Shown piece after piece: positions 26,658 to 36,329 of a stretch of DNA of 64,000 bases. The first letter of the stretch is position 1, and every line of letters begins with the position of its first letter. The stretch comes from an uncultured Bifidobacteriaceae bacterium. Its GTDB lineage: Bacteria; Acidobacteriota; Vicinamibacteria; Vicinamibacterales; JAMQPK01. A program made the position numbers and the translations under genes. The notes under the pieces are model-generated. The model saw only the letters and a program-made list of their open reading frames with translations, did no database searches and was not told the origin of the DNA. Location of the stretch: NCBI GenBank assembly GCA_964356125.1, contig CAYHHH010000008.1, forward strand, positions 4,337-68,336. The letters run 5' to 3'.

Positions 26658-28559
26658 GTGGGCGTGCGGTTGGCGGCCGATCGAATGCGGGGCCGCATGA
26701 CGTCGAGCGAACTGTGGCTGCTCGACGGCCCTCCCAACACAGTCCGGGCCCGGCTGATCGCGCAACTGCTGACCCTTGTTGGTGTGCAGTGGAAGGAAGC
26801 GCGGTTTTTTGCCGGTCATCTTCGGACGCCCAGTAGGGAGGCCGTGCGCCCGGCGGCGCGAAGGCTCGCGTTCCGAATGGCGTCCGACGCAGCGACCGAG
26901 CTATTGGTTCACTCGTCGCTGTTGTCGCGGTTGAATCAAGAGTGGGGCCGCAACACGCTCACGTTGTTCTTGGCCCGACGGCTTTGGCCGGCCGCGGAAC
27001 GGGTCGCGTTGCGGGCGCTGGTAGCCGAGGCGCTTGCCCGCCAGCGCGGCGGTGGCGCCCGCGTGATGCTGACCTGGCCTGTCGAACTGCCCCAATTGCT
27101 GTCCACCCTCTCGGGGGCGATGTCCCCGGGTGTTTCGGTAGGCATCGGCGCACTTGATCGCGGCACGTGGCGTAGGTCCCAGGTAAGCCATCAGTATCGT
27201 CGCGGGACGCGGTACGCGCGAGTTCTGGCGCTCGTCTGGCTCGCTCGAAACGCGATTCGGCGGCCTTTAGCAATCAGTGGTGTTGCCGCCAGTCCTAAGG
27301 ACCTTCCCGCGATCCTTCTGCTGCAAGAAGACGACATTTCCCTCGATCACTCCTATCGCAGCCAGCCGCACTGGCTACGGCCGGGCACCGGTCCGCCACC
27401 CTTCCGCACCGTGATCCTGTGCGCGGGCGGCCCGGCGCGCATCAAGACGACGGCCGATGAGCTCGCCGCCCTGCGCATCGAGACTGTCGAAGCCAACGAG
27501 ATGTGGGCTGGTGTTCGGCAGTGCGCAGAAGGTCGGCGGCTTGTCCGGCAGGCATGGCGCATCGCCTTGCTGGCGCTGTTCGCTCGCCGAGGCAACACCG
27601 GCCGGGCGATGTCGGAGGTGGCCCGGCTGACAGCCACCGCCGCCGCCATGGCGGCCTTAGTGAAGCGTCATGGTATTCGGGCCTTCATGACATGCGAAAA
27701 CTACATGGTTCACGCTGACGCCATGCAGATCGTCGCTGGACCCCTCGCGGTCCGCACGTTGTCGTATCAGTACTCGAGCCTGCCGTATCCGAGCCTCGCG
27801 CTCATCACCACGGCGGATGTGGTGGCCACATTCTCGGAGCAGTACCACGACCGTTGGCGCTGGCCAGGATTCCGACCTCCGGAATTTGTCGATAGTGGGT
27901 ATCCCTACGATGCGAGCTTCGTGCTCGTCCGACAGCGGGCCTTGGCGTGTCGTGCGCGACTGCAGGCCGCCGGCGCGAGTTTTGTGGTCGGGGTCTTCGA
28001 CGAGAGCGTCGAGCGGGAGCGCTACGGGCTAGTTCACGCGGATGAATATGAAGCGCAGCTATTTGCTCTCCTGGACAAAGTGTCCAGAGATTCTTCGCTT
28101 GGATTGGTGTTCAAGACGCAGTTCCTGCACAACTTGGCCGGGATCTCGGAAGGATTGCGGCACGCCCTGCTGGCCGCCCAAGCCACGGGCCGGGTCGAGC
28201 TCCCCGCCGTTGGCACGCACCGTAACGTGGTGTTTCCGGCTGAAGTCGCGATGGCATCCGACATCACGGTCGGCTATGTCATCGGGGGCACAGCCTCACT
28301 CGAGTCCGCGCTGGCCGGCGCCCGGAGTGTGATCGTCAACTCCTACGGGTTCGTGACTGATATGGACGATCTCTTTGCCCAGGCCGACATCATGCTGCCG
28401 ACGCTGGCCAATGCTCTCGAGGCCATCGACAGCCATCGACGTGGAGAACGGCCGCTGCTGGGAGATTGGACCAGCATTCTTCCGTCGTTTGACCACTATC
28501 GTGATGGCGGTGCGGCCGATCGATTGAAGGAAGTCGTGGCTCGAGCCACTGGCCAATAG
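26658..28559 (+). CDS. Large hypothetical protein with GT-B-like C-terminal half (candidate unusual glycosyltransferase)
   Basis: No family motif recognised in the N-terminal half. C-terminal LGLVFKTQFLH ... DITVGYVIGGTASLESALAGARSVIV resembles the donor-binding Rossmann of GT-B enzymes. Alternative ATG start at 26697. Confidence 0.45.
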   Translation: MGVRLAADRMRGRMTSSELWLLDGPPNTVRARLIAQLLTLVGVQWKEARFFAGHLRTPSREAVRPAARRLAFRMASDAATELLVHSSLLSRLNQEWGRNTLTLFLARRLWPAAERVALRALVAEALARQRGGGARVMLTWPVELPQLLSTLSGAMSPGVSVGIGALDRGTWRRSQVSHQYRRGTRYARVLALVWLARNAIRRPLAISGVAASPKDLPAILLLQEDDISLDHSYRSQPHWLRPGTGPPPFRTVILCAGGPARIKTTADELAALRIETVEANEMWAGVRQCAEGRRLVRQAWRIALLALFARRGNTGRAMSEVARLTATAAAMAALVKRHGIRAFMTCENYMVHADAMQIVAGPLAVRTLSYQYSSLPYPSLALITTADVVATFSEQYHDRWRWPGFRPPEFVDSGYPYDASFVLVRQRALACRARLQAAGASFVVGVFDESVERERYGLVHADEYEAQLFALLDKVSRDSSLGLVFKTQFLHNLAGISEGLRHALLAAQATGRVELPAVGTHRNVVFPAEVAMASDITVGYVIGGTASLESALAGARSVIVNSYGFVTDMDDLFAQADIMLPTLANALEAIDSHRRGERPLLGDWTSILPSFDHYRDGGAADRLKEVVARATGQ

Positions 28560-28562
28560 TCG

Positions 28563-30356
28563 ATGAGGAGCCTGAACTATTTCCTTCGCCACTATCGCCG
28601 GCAGTACGTGCTGCTGCTCGCCGCAGTGGTTGCGGCTGCCGTTGCCGAGGCGGTCGCGGTGGCGGCTATCTATCCCCTGCTCGTGCTGGTGCTCGATGCC
28701 AGCGGCAGCGAACTGGGCGGTCGGTTGCTGGCGGCAATTGGCGCCGTCCTCGTTCGTGTGCCAGAGCAATATCGGCTGGCCACTGTGTTGGCCGTGTTCC
28801 TCACTGTGCTGGCGGCGAACACGGCTCTGCAATTGCTTCGCGAATGGCGGACCTCGATCACGAGCGGATTTGTGGCATTCGACGTCAAACAGCGGCTCTT
28901 TAGGCGATACGTTGGTGCGCCCTACGCATACTTCCTGGGGGTTCGACAGGGCGATCTGACCTACCGCCTGTCGACCGCACCGACGAACCTGTCGTTCGCC
29001 CTCTACTTGTCAGCCTCAATCGTGAATGCGGCGTTCACCGCGGCGTTCATTCTCGTGGTGCTGGTTTCAATCGAATGGCGAATCACGGCCGTTCTCGGCA
29101 TTCTTGGCGTGGGCGTCTTTGCTGCAAATCGTGCGGTTGCCAACAACGTGTCGGCCTGGACCGGGCGCGGAAAGCAGGCCGCGATGGCTACCGAACTCGA
29201 CATTGCGCAGGAATTTTCGCTTGGGGTGAAGGAGATTGGCGTCGCGGGAATGGGCGGGGTGTGGGCGGCTCGGTTTGCCGAGCAGGGCGAAGTGTTTCGG
29301 ACGCTTTACGTACGGGACCTGATCTGGGCCGCGGTTCCCGCGCTTGCGAGCGAACTGGCCATCTTCGGGATCGTTGGCATCGCCCTGGTAGCCAGCCGGG
29401 CGAGTGGTGTTAGCGTGGTTGGAGAGCTCCTGCCGGTGATGGCGGTGTTCTATTACGGCGTCCGGCAACTGTTATCGACATCCAGTTCTCTTGGCAGGCA
29501 GGTGCTTCGCGTCGCCGGGCTGCTGCCAGACGTTGAGCTCCTTCACAACGCGCTCACCGAACCGTACCCTGCCGTTCGCGAGGGCACCAAGCCGACAGTG
29601 CCGGCCTGGACCACGTTGGCGTTTGAGCAGGTTGGACTCACTTACGCATCCCGCGAAATCGCTGCGGTAAACGGCGTGAGTTTTACGGTTCAACGTGGCC
29701 AGGTCGTGGCGTTGGTGGGGGCTTCCGGCTCCGGCAAGACGACACTCGTCAATGTGCTGCTACGGCTCTTCGACCCAACGGACGGGCATATTTCGGTCGA
29801 CGGCATTCCCATCGCTGCCTACCAGCGATCAGCCTGGCTGGACACGATCGGCTATGTCAGCCAGGAGAATTTCCTCTTCAACGGCAGCGTGACGGCCAAC
29901 ATTCAATTCGGCCGGGATGATGTGGCCGACGCAGTTCAGCACGCTGCCAAAGCGGCCTTCGCTCACGACTTCATCCAGGCATTGCCCAAAGGCTACGACA
30001 CCGTCTTGGGCACTCACGGCATGACGCTGTCCGGGGGACAGCGTCAACGCATCGCGATTGCGCGAGCGCTGCTCCGCCGGCCGCAGCTCTTAGTGTTGGA
30101 CGAAGCGACGAGTTCGCTGGATGCCCAATCCGAAGCTCTCATCCAACAGGCGCTGACCGCTCTCCGTGGTTCCTGCACTCAGGTAATAGTCGCGCACCGT
30201 CTGTCAACCGTTCGCGACGCCGACCAGATTGTCGTCATGCGCGCCGGCGAGGTGGCCGAGATCGGCACGCACGATACGTTGCTTGCCGCCGGCGGGGTTT
30301 ACGCGGGCCTCTATCGGCGTCAGCAAGTGGAATCTGTGGAGGCACCCGCGTCATGA
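28563..30356 (+). CDS. ABC exporter, fused permease + ATPase (MsbA/PglK-like)
   Basis: Six-helix N-terminal TMD. Walker A GASGSGKTT, signature LSGGQRQR and Walker B LLVLDEATS. Confidence 0.9.
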   Translation: MRSLNYFLRHYRRQYVLLLAAVVAAAVAEAVAVAAIYPLLVLVLDASGSELGGRLLAAIGAVLVRVPEQYRLATVLAVFLTVLAANTALQLLREWRTSITSGFVAFDVKQRLFRRYVGAPYAYFLGVRQGDLTYRLSTAPTNLSFALYLSASIVNAAFTAAFILVVLVSIEWRITAVLGILGVGVFAANRAVANNVSAWTGRGKQAAMATELDIAQEFSLGVKEIGVAGMGGVWAARFAEQGEVFRTLYVRDLIWAAVPALASELAIFGIVGIALVASRASGVSVVGELLPVMAVFYYGVRQLLSTSSSLGRQVLRVAGLLPDVELLHNALTEPYPAVREGTKPTVPAWTTLAFEQVGLTYASREIAAVNGVSFTVQRGQVVALVGASGSGKTTLVNVLLRLFDPTDGHISVDGIPIAAYQRSAWLDTIGYVSQENFLFNGSVTANIQFGRDDVADAVQHAAKAAFAHDFIQALPKGYDTVLGTHGMTLSGGQRQRIAIARALLRRPQLLVLDEATSSLDAQSEALIQQALTALRGSCTQVIVAHRLSTVRDADQIVVMRAGEVAEIGTHDTLLAAGGVYAGLYRRQQVESVEAPAS

Positions 30357-31024
30357 TCGGAGTTCCCTTTCGGGTCGTCGCCCTGGATTTTGACGGCGTC
30401 CTGGTGGATTCCTCCGAGGCGAAGATGGCCGCATACGCCGACGTGTTTGCCCAGTATCCGGAGCATGCGGCGGCGCTGGCGATGTTGCGGCACGACGATT
30501 GGTCCCTCAACCGCGTCCAGTTCTTTGAGCGCGCCGTTCCGCTCGTTTTCGGCCTGTCGGCGGAGGGGCATCTGGTCACGCGATTGGTGACGGCATTGAG
30601 TGATGCGATGGTCGCCCGGGTGGGTGGCTGCGCGTCGATGCCTGGGGTGGAGCAGCTGTTCGCGGCAATTGGCGGTGCGCCGGTCTATCTCGTTTCGAAG
30701 ACACCGCAGGATGATCTCCTTCGGATCCTGGACGCACGGCGGCTGCAAGCCTGCTTCGCCGGCGTATTCGGATGCCCGCCGCACTCCAAGGCGGATGCCC
30801 TGCGCGCGATCGTGACGCGAGAGCGCGTGGCCGCGATCGAGGTCTTCTTCACGGGCGACGATCCTACCGACGCTGAGGCGGCGGCAGAGGCAGGTGTTGC
30901 GTTTGCTTTCACCTCGGCCCGCCACGCCCCGCCGAGGGACGTGCGGTCGTTCGCGACCTTGGCCGAGCTCGCTCCATGGTTGGCGAGCCATCTGGCTTCG
31001 TCCGAATGCAGGTTCACGGCATGA
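30353..31024 (+). CDS. HAD-superfamily hydrolase/phosphatase
   Basis: DxD motif ALDFDGVLVDS, VSKTP and TGDDPTD. Paralog of 39965..40606. Confidence 0.8.
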   Translation: MIGVPFRVVALDFDGVLVDSSEAKMAAYADVFAQYPEHAAALAMLRHDDWSLNRVQFFERAVPLVFGLSAEGHLVTRLVTALSDAMVARVGGCASMPGVEQLFAAIGGAPVYLVSKTPQDDLLRILDARRLQACFAGVFGCPPHSKADALRAIVTRERVAAIEVFFTGDDPTDAEAAAEAGVAFAFTSARHAPPRDVRSFATLAELAPWLASHLASSECRFTA

Positions 31025-31950
31025 AAGTCTTGATTACCGGAATGAGTGGGCTGCTGGGGCTGAACGCGGCGCTTTCGTGTCGCGACCGCCACCAGGTCGT
31101 GGGCGCCGTTCATAGCCATCCCGTGTCGCTGCAGGGCGTGACCGCCCGGAGGCTCGACATCCGCGATCCAGCCGTGGTCCGCGCGTGGGTTGCCGACGAG
31201 CGTCCGGACTTGATCCTGCACACTGCCGGTCTCACCAACGTCGAGGCGTGCGAATCCGATCCGGCGGCGGCGCGCGCCCTGAACGTTCAAGCGGCCGAAT
31301 ACGTCGCGGATGCGGCCACGGCGACGCGTACGCCATTACTCCACGTCTCCACCGATCACCTGTTCGACGGCCACCGCGCGATGTCCGTTGAGACCGACGC
31401 GCCGTCACCCCTGAATGAATACGCGCGCACGAAGCTCGAGGCCGAACGCGTGGTCGCGCAGGTGTGCCCGCAAGCGTGGATCCTGCGCACGAACTTCTAC
31501 GGGTGGGGGCATCGCCACCGGGCGTCGTTCAGCGACTGGATCGTGACGGCCCTCCGTGCCGGCCAGAACCTGACGATGTTCGACGATGTCTACTTCACGC
31601 CGATTCTGGTGAACGATCTCGTGGACGCCGCGTTTGCTCTCGCCGGCACCAGTACGCCTGGGCTCTATCACTTGTGCGGCGGCGAGCGGATCTCGAAGTA
31701 CGCGTTCGGGCGGCTGGTGGCCGAGGCGTTCGGGCTCGACGCGAGCCGCATTGCTCCGGTCTCGGTCGACTCGTTCCCGTTCAAGGCCGCCAGGCCCCGT
31801 GACATGTCCCTTGACTGCAGCAAGGCAGGCGCGGTCCTGGGCCGCAACATGCCATCGGTGGCCGACGGCTTGGCTCGCCTCGCGGACTTGGAGAAGGCTG
31901 GCTATCCGCGGCTGCTTGATGCCGCCTTCGAGGTTTCGACAGGATCCTGA
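31021..31950 (+). CDS. RmlD-like NAD(P)-dependent 4-ketosugar reductase (dTDP-4-dehydrorhamnose reductase family)
   Basis: ATG 31021 ATGA-coupled. MKVLITGMSGLLG, VSTDHLFDG and YARTKLEAE (YxxxK). Confidence 0.8.
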   Translation: MKVLITGMSGLLGLNAALSCRDRHQVVGAVHSHPVSLQGVTARRLDIRDPAVVRAWVADERPDLILHTAGLTNVEACESDPAAARALNVQAAEYVADAATATRTPLLHVSTDHLFDGHRAMSVETDAPSPLNEYARTKLEAERVVAQVCPQAWILRTNFYGWGHRHRASFSDWIVTALRAGQNLTMFDDVYFTPILVNDLVDAAFALAGTSTPGLYHLCGGERISKYAFGRLVAEAFGLDASRIAPVSVDSFPFKAARPRDMSLDCSKAGAVLGRNMPSVADGLARLADLEKAGYPRLLDAAFEVSTGS

Positions 31951-31951
31951 G

Positions 31952-32731
31952 ATGCCCGAATACTTGACCGACCTTTTCAATCTCAACGGCCGGGTCGCCG
32001 CACTCACTGGCGCCGGCGGCTTCCTCGTCGGCGAAATGTGCCGTGGCTTGGGCCGAGCCGGCGTCAAAGTGGCGGCGCTCGACGTCAGTCTGGAGGCTGC
32101 CGAACGAACCGCCGGCGAGTTGCGCGATCAGGGCGCCGACGCCATGGCCCTTGCCGTCGACGTGCGCGACCGCGCCGACTACGAGCGCGCGCTGGCGGCG
32201 ATTCTCGACCGCTGGGGTCGCCTCGATTTCGCCGTCCTGGGCGCCGGCGCCAACGCGCCGACTCCGTTCATGGAGATTCCCCTCGATGAATGGAACAACA
32301 TTCTCGCCGTGCAGCTGACCGGCACCATGCTGGGCTGCCAGGTGTTTGGCGGTCACATGCTCTCGCGCCAGTCGGGATCGATCATCACGATCTCATCGGC
32401 ATCCTCCGGGCCGCCGTTGTCGAAGGCGTTCACCTACTCGGTGGCCAAGGCTGGTGTAAAGAACCTGACGCAGAATCTGGCGCGTGAGTGGGCGACGTCC
32501 AATGTCCGCGTCAATGCGCTGCGTCCGGGGTTCTTCCCGACGGAGTGGAGCAAAACACACTTCATCACGCCCGAGCGGGAGGCCGCGATCCTGGGACACA
32601 CCGCGATGCGGCGTTACGGCCGTCCGGCCGAACTGGTGGGCGCGGTCCTTTGGCTCCTCTCCGATGCCGCCAGCTTCGTGACCGGCGCGGAAGTTCCCGT
32701 CGATGGCGGCTTCACCGCCATGACAATATAG
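31952..32731 (+). CDS. SDR-family oxidoreductase
   Basis: ATG 31952 inside ORF 31634..32731. ALTGAGGFLVGEM, YSVAKAGV (YxxxK) and VDGGFT. Confidence 0.85.
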   Translation: MPEYLTDLFNLNGRVAALTGAGGFLVGEMCRGLGRAGVKVAALDVSLEAAERTAGELRDQGADAMALAVDVRDRADYERALAAILDRWGRLDFAVLGAGANAPTPFMEIPLDEWNNILAVQLTGTMLGCQVFGGHMLSRQSGSIITISSASSGPPLSKAFTYSVAKAGVKNLTQNLAREWATSNVRVNALRPGFFPTEWSKTHFITPEREAAILGHTAMRRYGRPAELVGAVLWLLSDAASFVTGAEVPVDGGFTAMTI

Positions 32732-32783
32732 TGGGCGGCTGCGGCGATTGGTTGATTGCTTCTTCGGACGCTATGGTGACTGG

Positions 32784-33035
32784 ATGAATCAAGAATTCGA
32801 ACCCCGCGTAATACGCGTTCTCTCGGCCGTGGTCAACCTGCCTGTCGAGCAGTTGTCCGGTGATTCGGGACCCGACACGGTTCCGGGTTGGGACTCGGCG
32901 TCGCATCTGAGTTTGGTGCTTGCCCTCGAGGCCGAGTTCGGCACGGCCTTCACCGATGAAGAGGTTACCGACATGCTGTCAGTCAACCTGATTTGTACGA
33001 TCCTCGGCGAGCGCCAGAACGCGTGGCGTTTGTGA
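32784..33035 (+). CDS. Acyl carrier protein
   Basis: 83-aa acidic four-helix-type sequence with phosphopantetheine-site motif GWDSASHLSLV. ATG 32784 inside ORF 32748..33035. Confidence 0.75.
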   Translation: MNQEFEPRVIRVLSAVVNLPVEQLSGDSGPDTVPGWDSASHLSLVLALEAEFGTAFTDEEVTDMLSVNLICTILGERQNAWRL

Positions 33036-33050
33036 ACCGTCGGCACGCCG

Positions 33051-33644
33051 TTGAGGATGCTGCGGCACTCAGCTGACATGCACTGGCTTCTACGTCGGCT
33101 CGTCCAGCTACCGAACTATATCGCGCGGCGTGCGCGCCGATTGTGGTACGCACAGAGATTGCAAGGCCTCGGACCAGGCGCCGACTTGGGACCTCACCTA
33201 CTCGTTCTCGGCGCCGACAGGATTCGCGTCGGCGCGAACTTTTCGTGTTGGCGGCTGTGCACGCTCGCGGCCGCCGGCGGCCGGCTGGAGATCGGCGACC
33301 GCGTGTCGCTTAACGCCAACGTCTATCTCAATGCATGTGGGGGCCACATCACGATCGGCAGCGACGTGCTGATTGGGCCCAATGTCGTCATGCGGGCGAC
33401 CGACCACATCTTCACCGACCCAGCTCGGCCGATCCGGGAACAGGGGCACACCGCAGGCAACATTGCGATCGAGGATGATGTGTGGCTGGGTTCCAATGTG
33501 ACCATTGTGGGCGGCGTCCGCATCGGCCGCGGATCGGTGGTCGCGGCGGGAGCGGTGGTGACGCGCGATGTTGAACCGGGTTCGATCGTGGGCGGAGTCC
33601 CCGCCAGGCTGCTGAAAAAGCGGGGTAGCGAGGTGTCCGAATGA
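33051..33644 (+). CDS. Left-handed beta-helix (hexapeptide-repeat) acyl/acetyltransferase
   Basis: Hexapeptide repeats IGDRVSLNANVYL, IGSDVLIGPNVV, IEDDVWLGSNVTIVGGVRIGRGSVVAAGAVV and a GGVPARLL tail. TTG 33051 or ATG 33057. Confidence 0.85.
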   Translation: MRMLRHSADMHWLLRRLVQLPNYIARRARRLWYAQRLQGLGPGADLGPHLLVLGADRIRVGANFSCWRLCTLAAAGGRLEIGDRVSLNANVYLNACGGHITIGSDVLIGPNVVMRATDHIFTDPARPIREQGHTAGNIAIEDDVWLGSNVTIVGGVRIGRGSVVAAGAVVTRDVEPGSIVGGVPARLLKKRGSEVSE

Positions 33645-34441
33645 TTGTGACTGCCTGCGATCTCCTCGCCCTGGGGATGGACGCCTGTGACAGGTTTCAT
33701 GTTCTCAATGTGCAGCCCATTCTTGTTCGCACTAAACCCGACGGCACGGCTGTGACGCGCGTTGACACCGAGATCGACCTTTTCTTGCGCGCGCGCTTGA
33801 TACGTGTGGTGCCAGACGCGGGGTGGTTGTCGGAAGAGAGTGGCGCCGATCCCGATCGGCTCACTCGCTCGTGCTGCTGGGTCGTCGATCCGCTGGACGG
33901 CACGAAGGAGTTCGCTCGAGGCATTCCTGAGTGTGCGATATCGGTTGCACTGGTTCACCACGGGGTTGCGGTTGCGGCAGTGGTCGTCAATCCCTTCAAC
34001 GGGCTGGCCGCGGCGTGCGGCACCGATGGCACCTGGATCGCCTCTGGAGAGGGATCCAGCCGGCCGCGCGCGGCAAGCCTGATGACTGCCGGCGCCAGTG
34101 TCAGCCGCACGGAAGTGGAAGACGGTTCGATCACGCCGTTTCTTGAGCGGGTCGGGACCGCGCGCCCGATTGGCAGTGTGGCGTACAAGCTGTTGCGCGT
34201 CGCGGTTGGCCTCGACGACTTGACGTTCTCGGTACAGCCTAAGTCTGAATGGGACATCTGCGGCGGCGTGGCCCTTCTCGCGGCGCAGGGATTGGCGTTC
34301 GAGCGGCTCGACGGCCGGACCCAGGTGTTCAATCAGGCTGCGACGCGGATTCCGGTGGGGTTCGTCGCTGGCCCTCCTCACCTTGCCCGCGAACTTGCCA
34401 GCCAACTCCGATCGGCGCTGCCGACTGAGGGTGCCTCCTGA
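33641..34441 (+). CDS. Inositol-monophosphatase-family phosphatase, likely 3'(2'),5'-bisphosphate nucleotidase (CysQ-like)
   Basis: WVVDPLDGTKEF and WDICGGVALL IMPase/CysQ motifs. The cluster also encodes PAPS synthesis and a sulfotransferase. Confidence 0.75.
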   Translation: MIVTACDLLALGMDACDRFHVLNVQPILVRTKPDGTAVTRVDTEIDLFLRARLIRVVPDAGWLSEESGADPDRLTRSCCWVVDPLDGTKEFARGIPECAISVALVHHGVAVAAVVVNPFNGLAAACGTDGTWIASGEGSSRPRAASLMTAGASVSRTEVEDGSITPFLERVGTARPIGSVAYKLLRVAVGLDDLTFSVQPKSEWDICGGVALLAAQGLAFERLDGRTQVFNQAATRIPVGFVAGPPHLARELASQLRSALPTEGAS

Positions 34442-35538
34442 TGGTGCCGCGACATACGTCACGTGCGATCGATGTTGCCCGGGGTCTGGCCGCGCTGGGC
34501 GTGATCTGGGGACACGCCATCTACAACCTCGGCATACCACTCGAATTGAACGGTGCCTTCTGGGTTTGGGTGTTCCTGCCGATTAGTGGCTACCTCGTTG
34601 GGCGTAGTTTCACCGATGGCGGTTATCGACTCGACCTTGCCGGCTTTGGTCGTTTTCTCCGGAACCGTTCCCTTCGCATCGTCCCGTTGGCGACGCTGGC
34701 GCTCGTGATTGGCCTTACCATTCACCTGGCGGCCGGTGTGGCTGTGCCCGATGGTGCCTGGCGCCAGTTTCTCTTCGTGCCAGCCGGCAACGACATGTCA
34801 TTGGTCGGACCACTCTGGACGGTTGCGGCCGAGATTCAGTTCTACGTACTGGCCGTGGTGCTGGTGCCGCTGATGGCCGGCGCTTGGCGGCTGGCCGGCG
34901 GGGTCGGCGGTCTCACTCTCTGGATCCTGATCGTTGCGGCCTGGGTTGCATCCGTAGCGGATGCCGGGGGACAGCCCCGCACGCTGATCGGCAATCTGGC
35001 GTTCTTCGTGTTCGGCCTGCTGCTCGCTTCCGCCCGTCCCTTGCGCATGCGCTACGTGCGCACCATGCAAGTCGTGTTGGTGGCCGCGGCCGCCGGACTC
35101 GCGTGGTGGCTCCAGAACTACAAGGCTGAATACTTCTGGCGTTGGGGCCCGCACACGGGGTGGCCGCTTGGCGGCGGGGCGGCCTGCGCCATATTCATCA
35201 CCGCCGCGGTGGTACTGCTCGGCGTCCTGAATGAGGAGCCATCGGAGTCGTGGCGCCGCCCGCCGCATGGCTTGATCCTGCGGGCTTTGGCATGGTGCGG
35301 GTTCTACACATACGGCATCTACGTCTGGCACTCGATCCTGGCCGTGTTCAACTATCAGGTCGTTCATATCCCGCCCGGCCCGGTGCGCCTCGCGCTGCTC
35401 TTGATCGCGGTGCCGCTCGCGCCGCTCAGTTATCGCTGGTTGGAACAGCCCTTCTTGCGCCTCAAGTCGTCTCGATCGCGTGACGCGGCGACGGACAACA
35501 AACTCATGCCGTCACCGGGTGCCGCCCATGTCGTCTGA
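34441..35538 (+). CDS. Membrane acyltransferase family 3 (OafA/WecH-like O-acyltransferase)
   Basis: N-terminal RAIDVARGLAALGVIWGH motif and about 10 predicted TM segments. Confidence 0.8.
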   Translation: MVPRHTSRAIDVARGLAALGVIWGHAIYNLGIPLELNGAFWVWVFLPISGYLVGRSFTDGGYRLDLAGFGRFLRNRSLRIVPLATLALVIGLTIHLAAGVAVPDGAWRQFLFVPAGNDMSLVGPLWTVAAEIQFYVLAVVLVPLMAGAWRLAGGVGGLTLWILIVAAWVASVADAGGQPRTLIGNLAFFVFGLLLASARPLRMRYVRTMQVVLVAAAAGLAWWLQNYKAEYFWRWGPHTGWPLGGGAACAIFITAAVVLLGVLNEEPSESWRRPPHGLILRALAWCGFYTYGIYVWHSILAVFNYQVVHIPPGPVRLALLLIAVPLAPLSYRWLEQPFLRLKSSRSRDAATDNKLMPSPGAAHVV

Positions 35539-36286
35539 TACACGCGTCGTTCTCGTCACCGGTGGTGGCCGTGGCATTGGCGCCGCCATTTCGCGGGCGT
35601 TCATCGCCGACGGCGATCGCGTCGCCATTGCCTCGCGCACTGACGATGGCCTTGCAGCCGCCCTCGGCGCGTCCGCTTGCCACATCGCCGCGGATGCCGC
35701 CGATGCCGCGCAGGTGAACGCCGCGGTGGCGCGGGTCGTCTCCTGGGGCGGCCGCCTCGACGTGGTGATCAACAACGCCGGCATGTCGGCGTGGCGTCCG
35801 CTCGAGCAGATTGACGACGCCTTCTGGGCGCAGATGCTCGCGGTCAACCTGTCGAGCGTCCTCTACGTGTGCCGTGCCGCCGCTCCGCATCTCGCGGGTG
35901 GCGCCGCGATCGTCAATGTCTCGAGCCTGGCCGGCAAGCGAGGCAGTGCCAACAACGCGGCGTACTGCGCCGCGAAGTTTGGCGTCAACGGCCTGACGCA
36001 GTCGCTGGCCAAGGAGCTCGGCCCCCGCGGCGTCCGCGTCAATGCCGTGTGCCCGGTGTATGTCGATACGGCGGGATTGCGCGAGGCGCTACTGGAGCCG
36101 GCGGCGCCGCCGGCCGGCGGCGGCGTCGACGCGTATCTCGCCGAGTTTGCCCGCACGCAGGCAGCACTGCGGCGGTTGCCGACGGGCGAAGAAGTGGCGG
36201 CGGCTTGTCTAATGCTTTCTGGGCCTGGCGCGTCGGCCATCACGGGTCAGTGCGTCAACGTCGATTGCGGCGTCCTACCCCAGTGA
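35528..36286 (+). CDS. SDR-family oxidoreductase (FabG-like)
   Basis: ATG 35528 inside ORF 35480..36286. VLVTGGGRGIG, NNAG and YCAAKFGV (YxxxK). Confidence 0.85.
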   Translation: MSSDTRVVLVTGGGRGIGAAISRAFIADGDRVAIASRTDDGLAAALGASACHIAADAADAAQVNAAVARVVSWGGRLDVVINNAGMSAWRPLEQIDDAFWAQMLAVNLSSVLYVCRAAAPHLAGGAAIVNVSSLAGKRGSANNAAYCAAKFGVNGLTQSLAKELGPRGVRVNAVCPVYVDTAGLREALLEPAAPPAGGGVDAYLAEFARTQAALRRLPTGEEVAAACLMLSGPGASAITGQCVNVDCGVLPQ

Positions 36287-36329
36287 GCGGACCAGGGTCG
36301 CACACGTTCCAACCTGTGCCTTACTAGCT

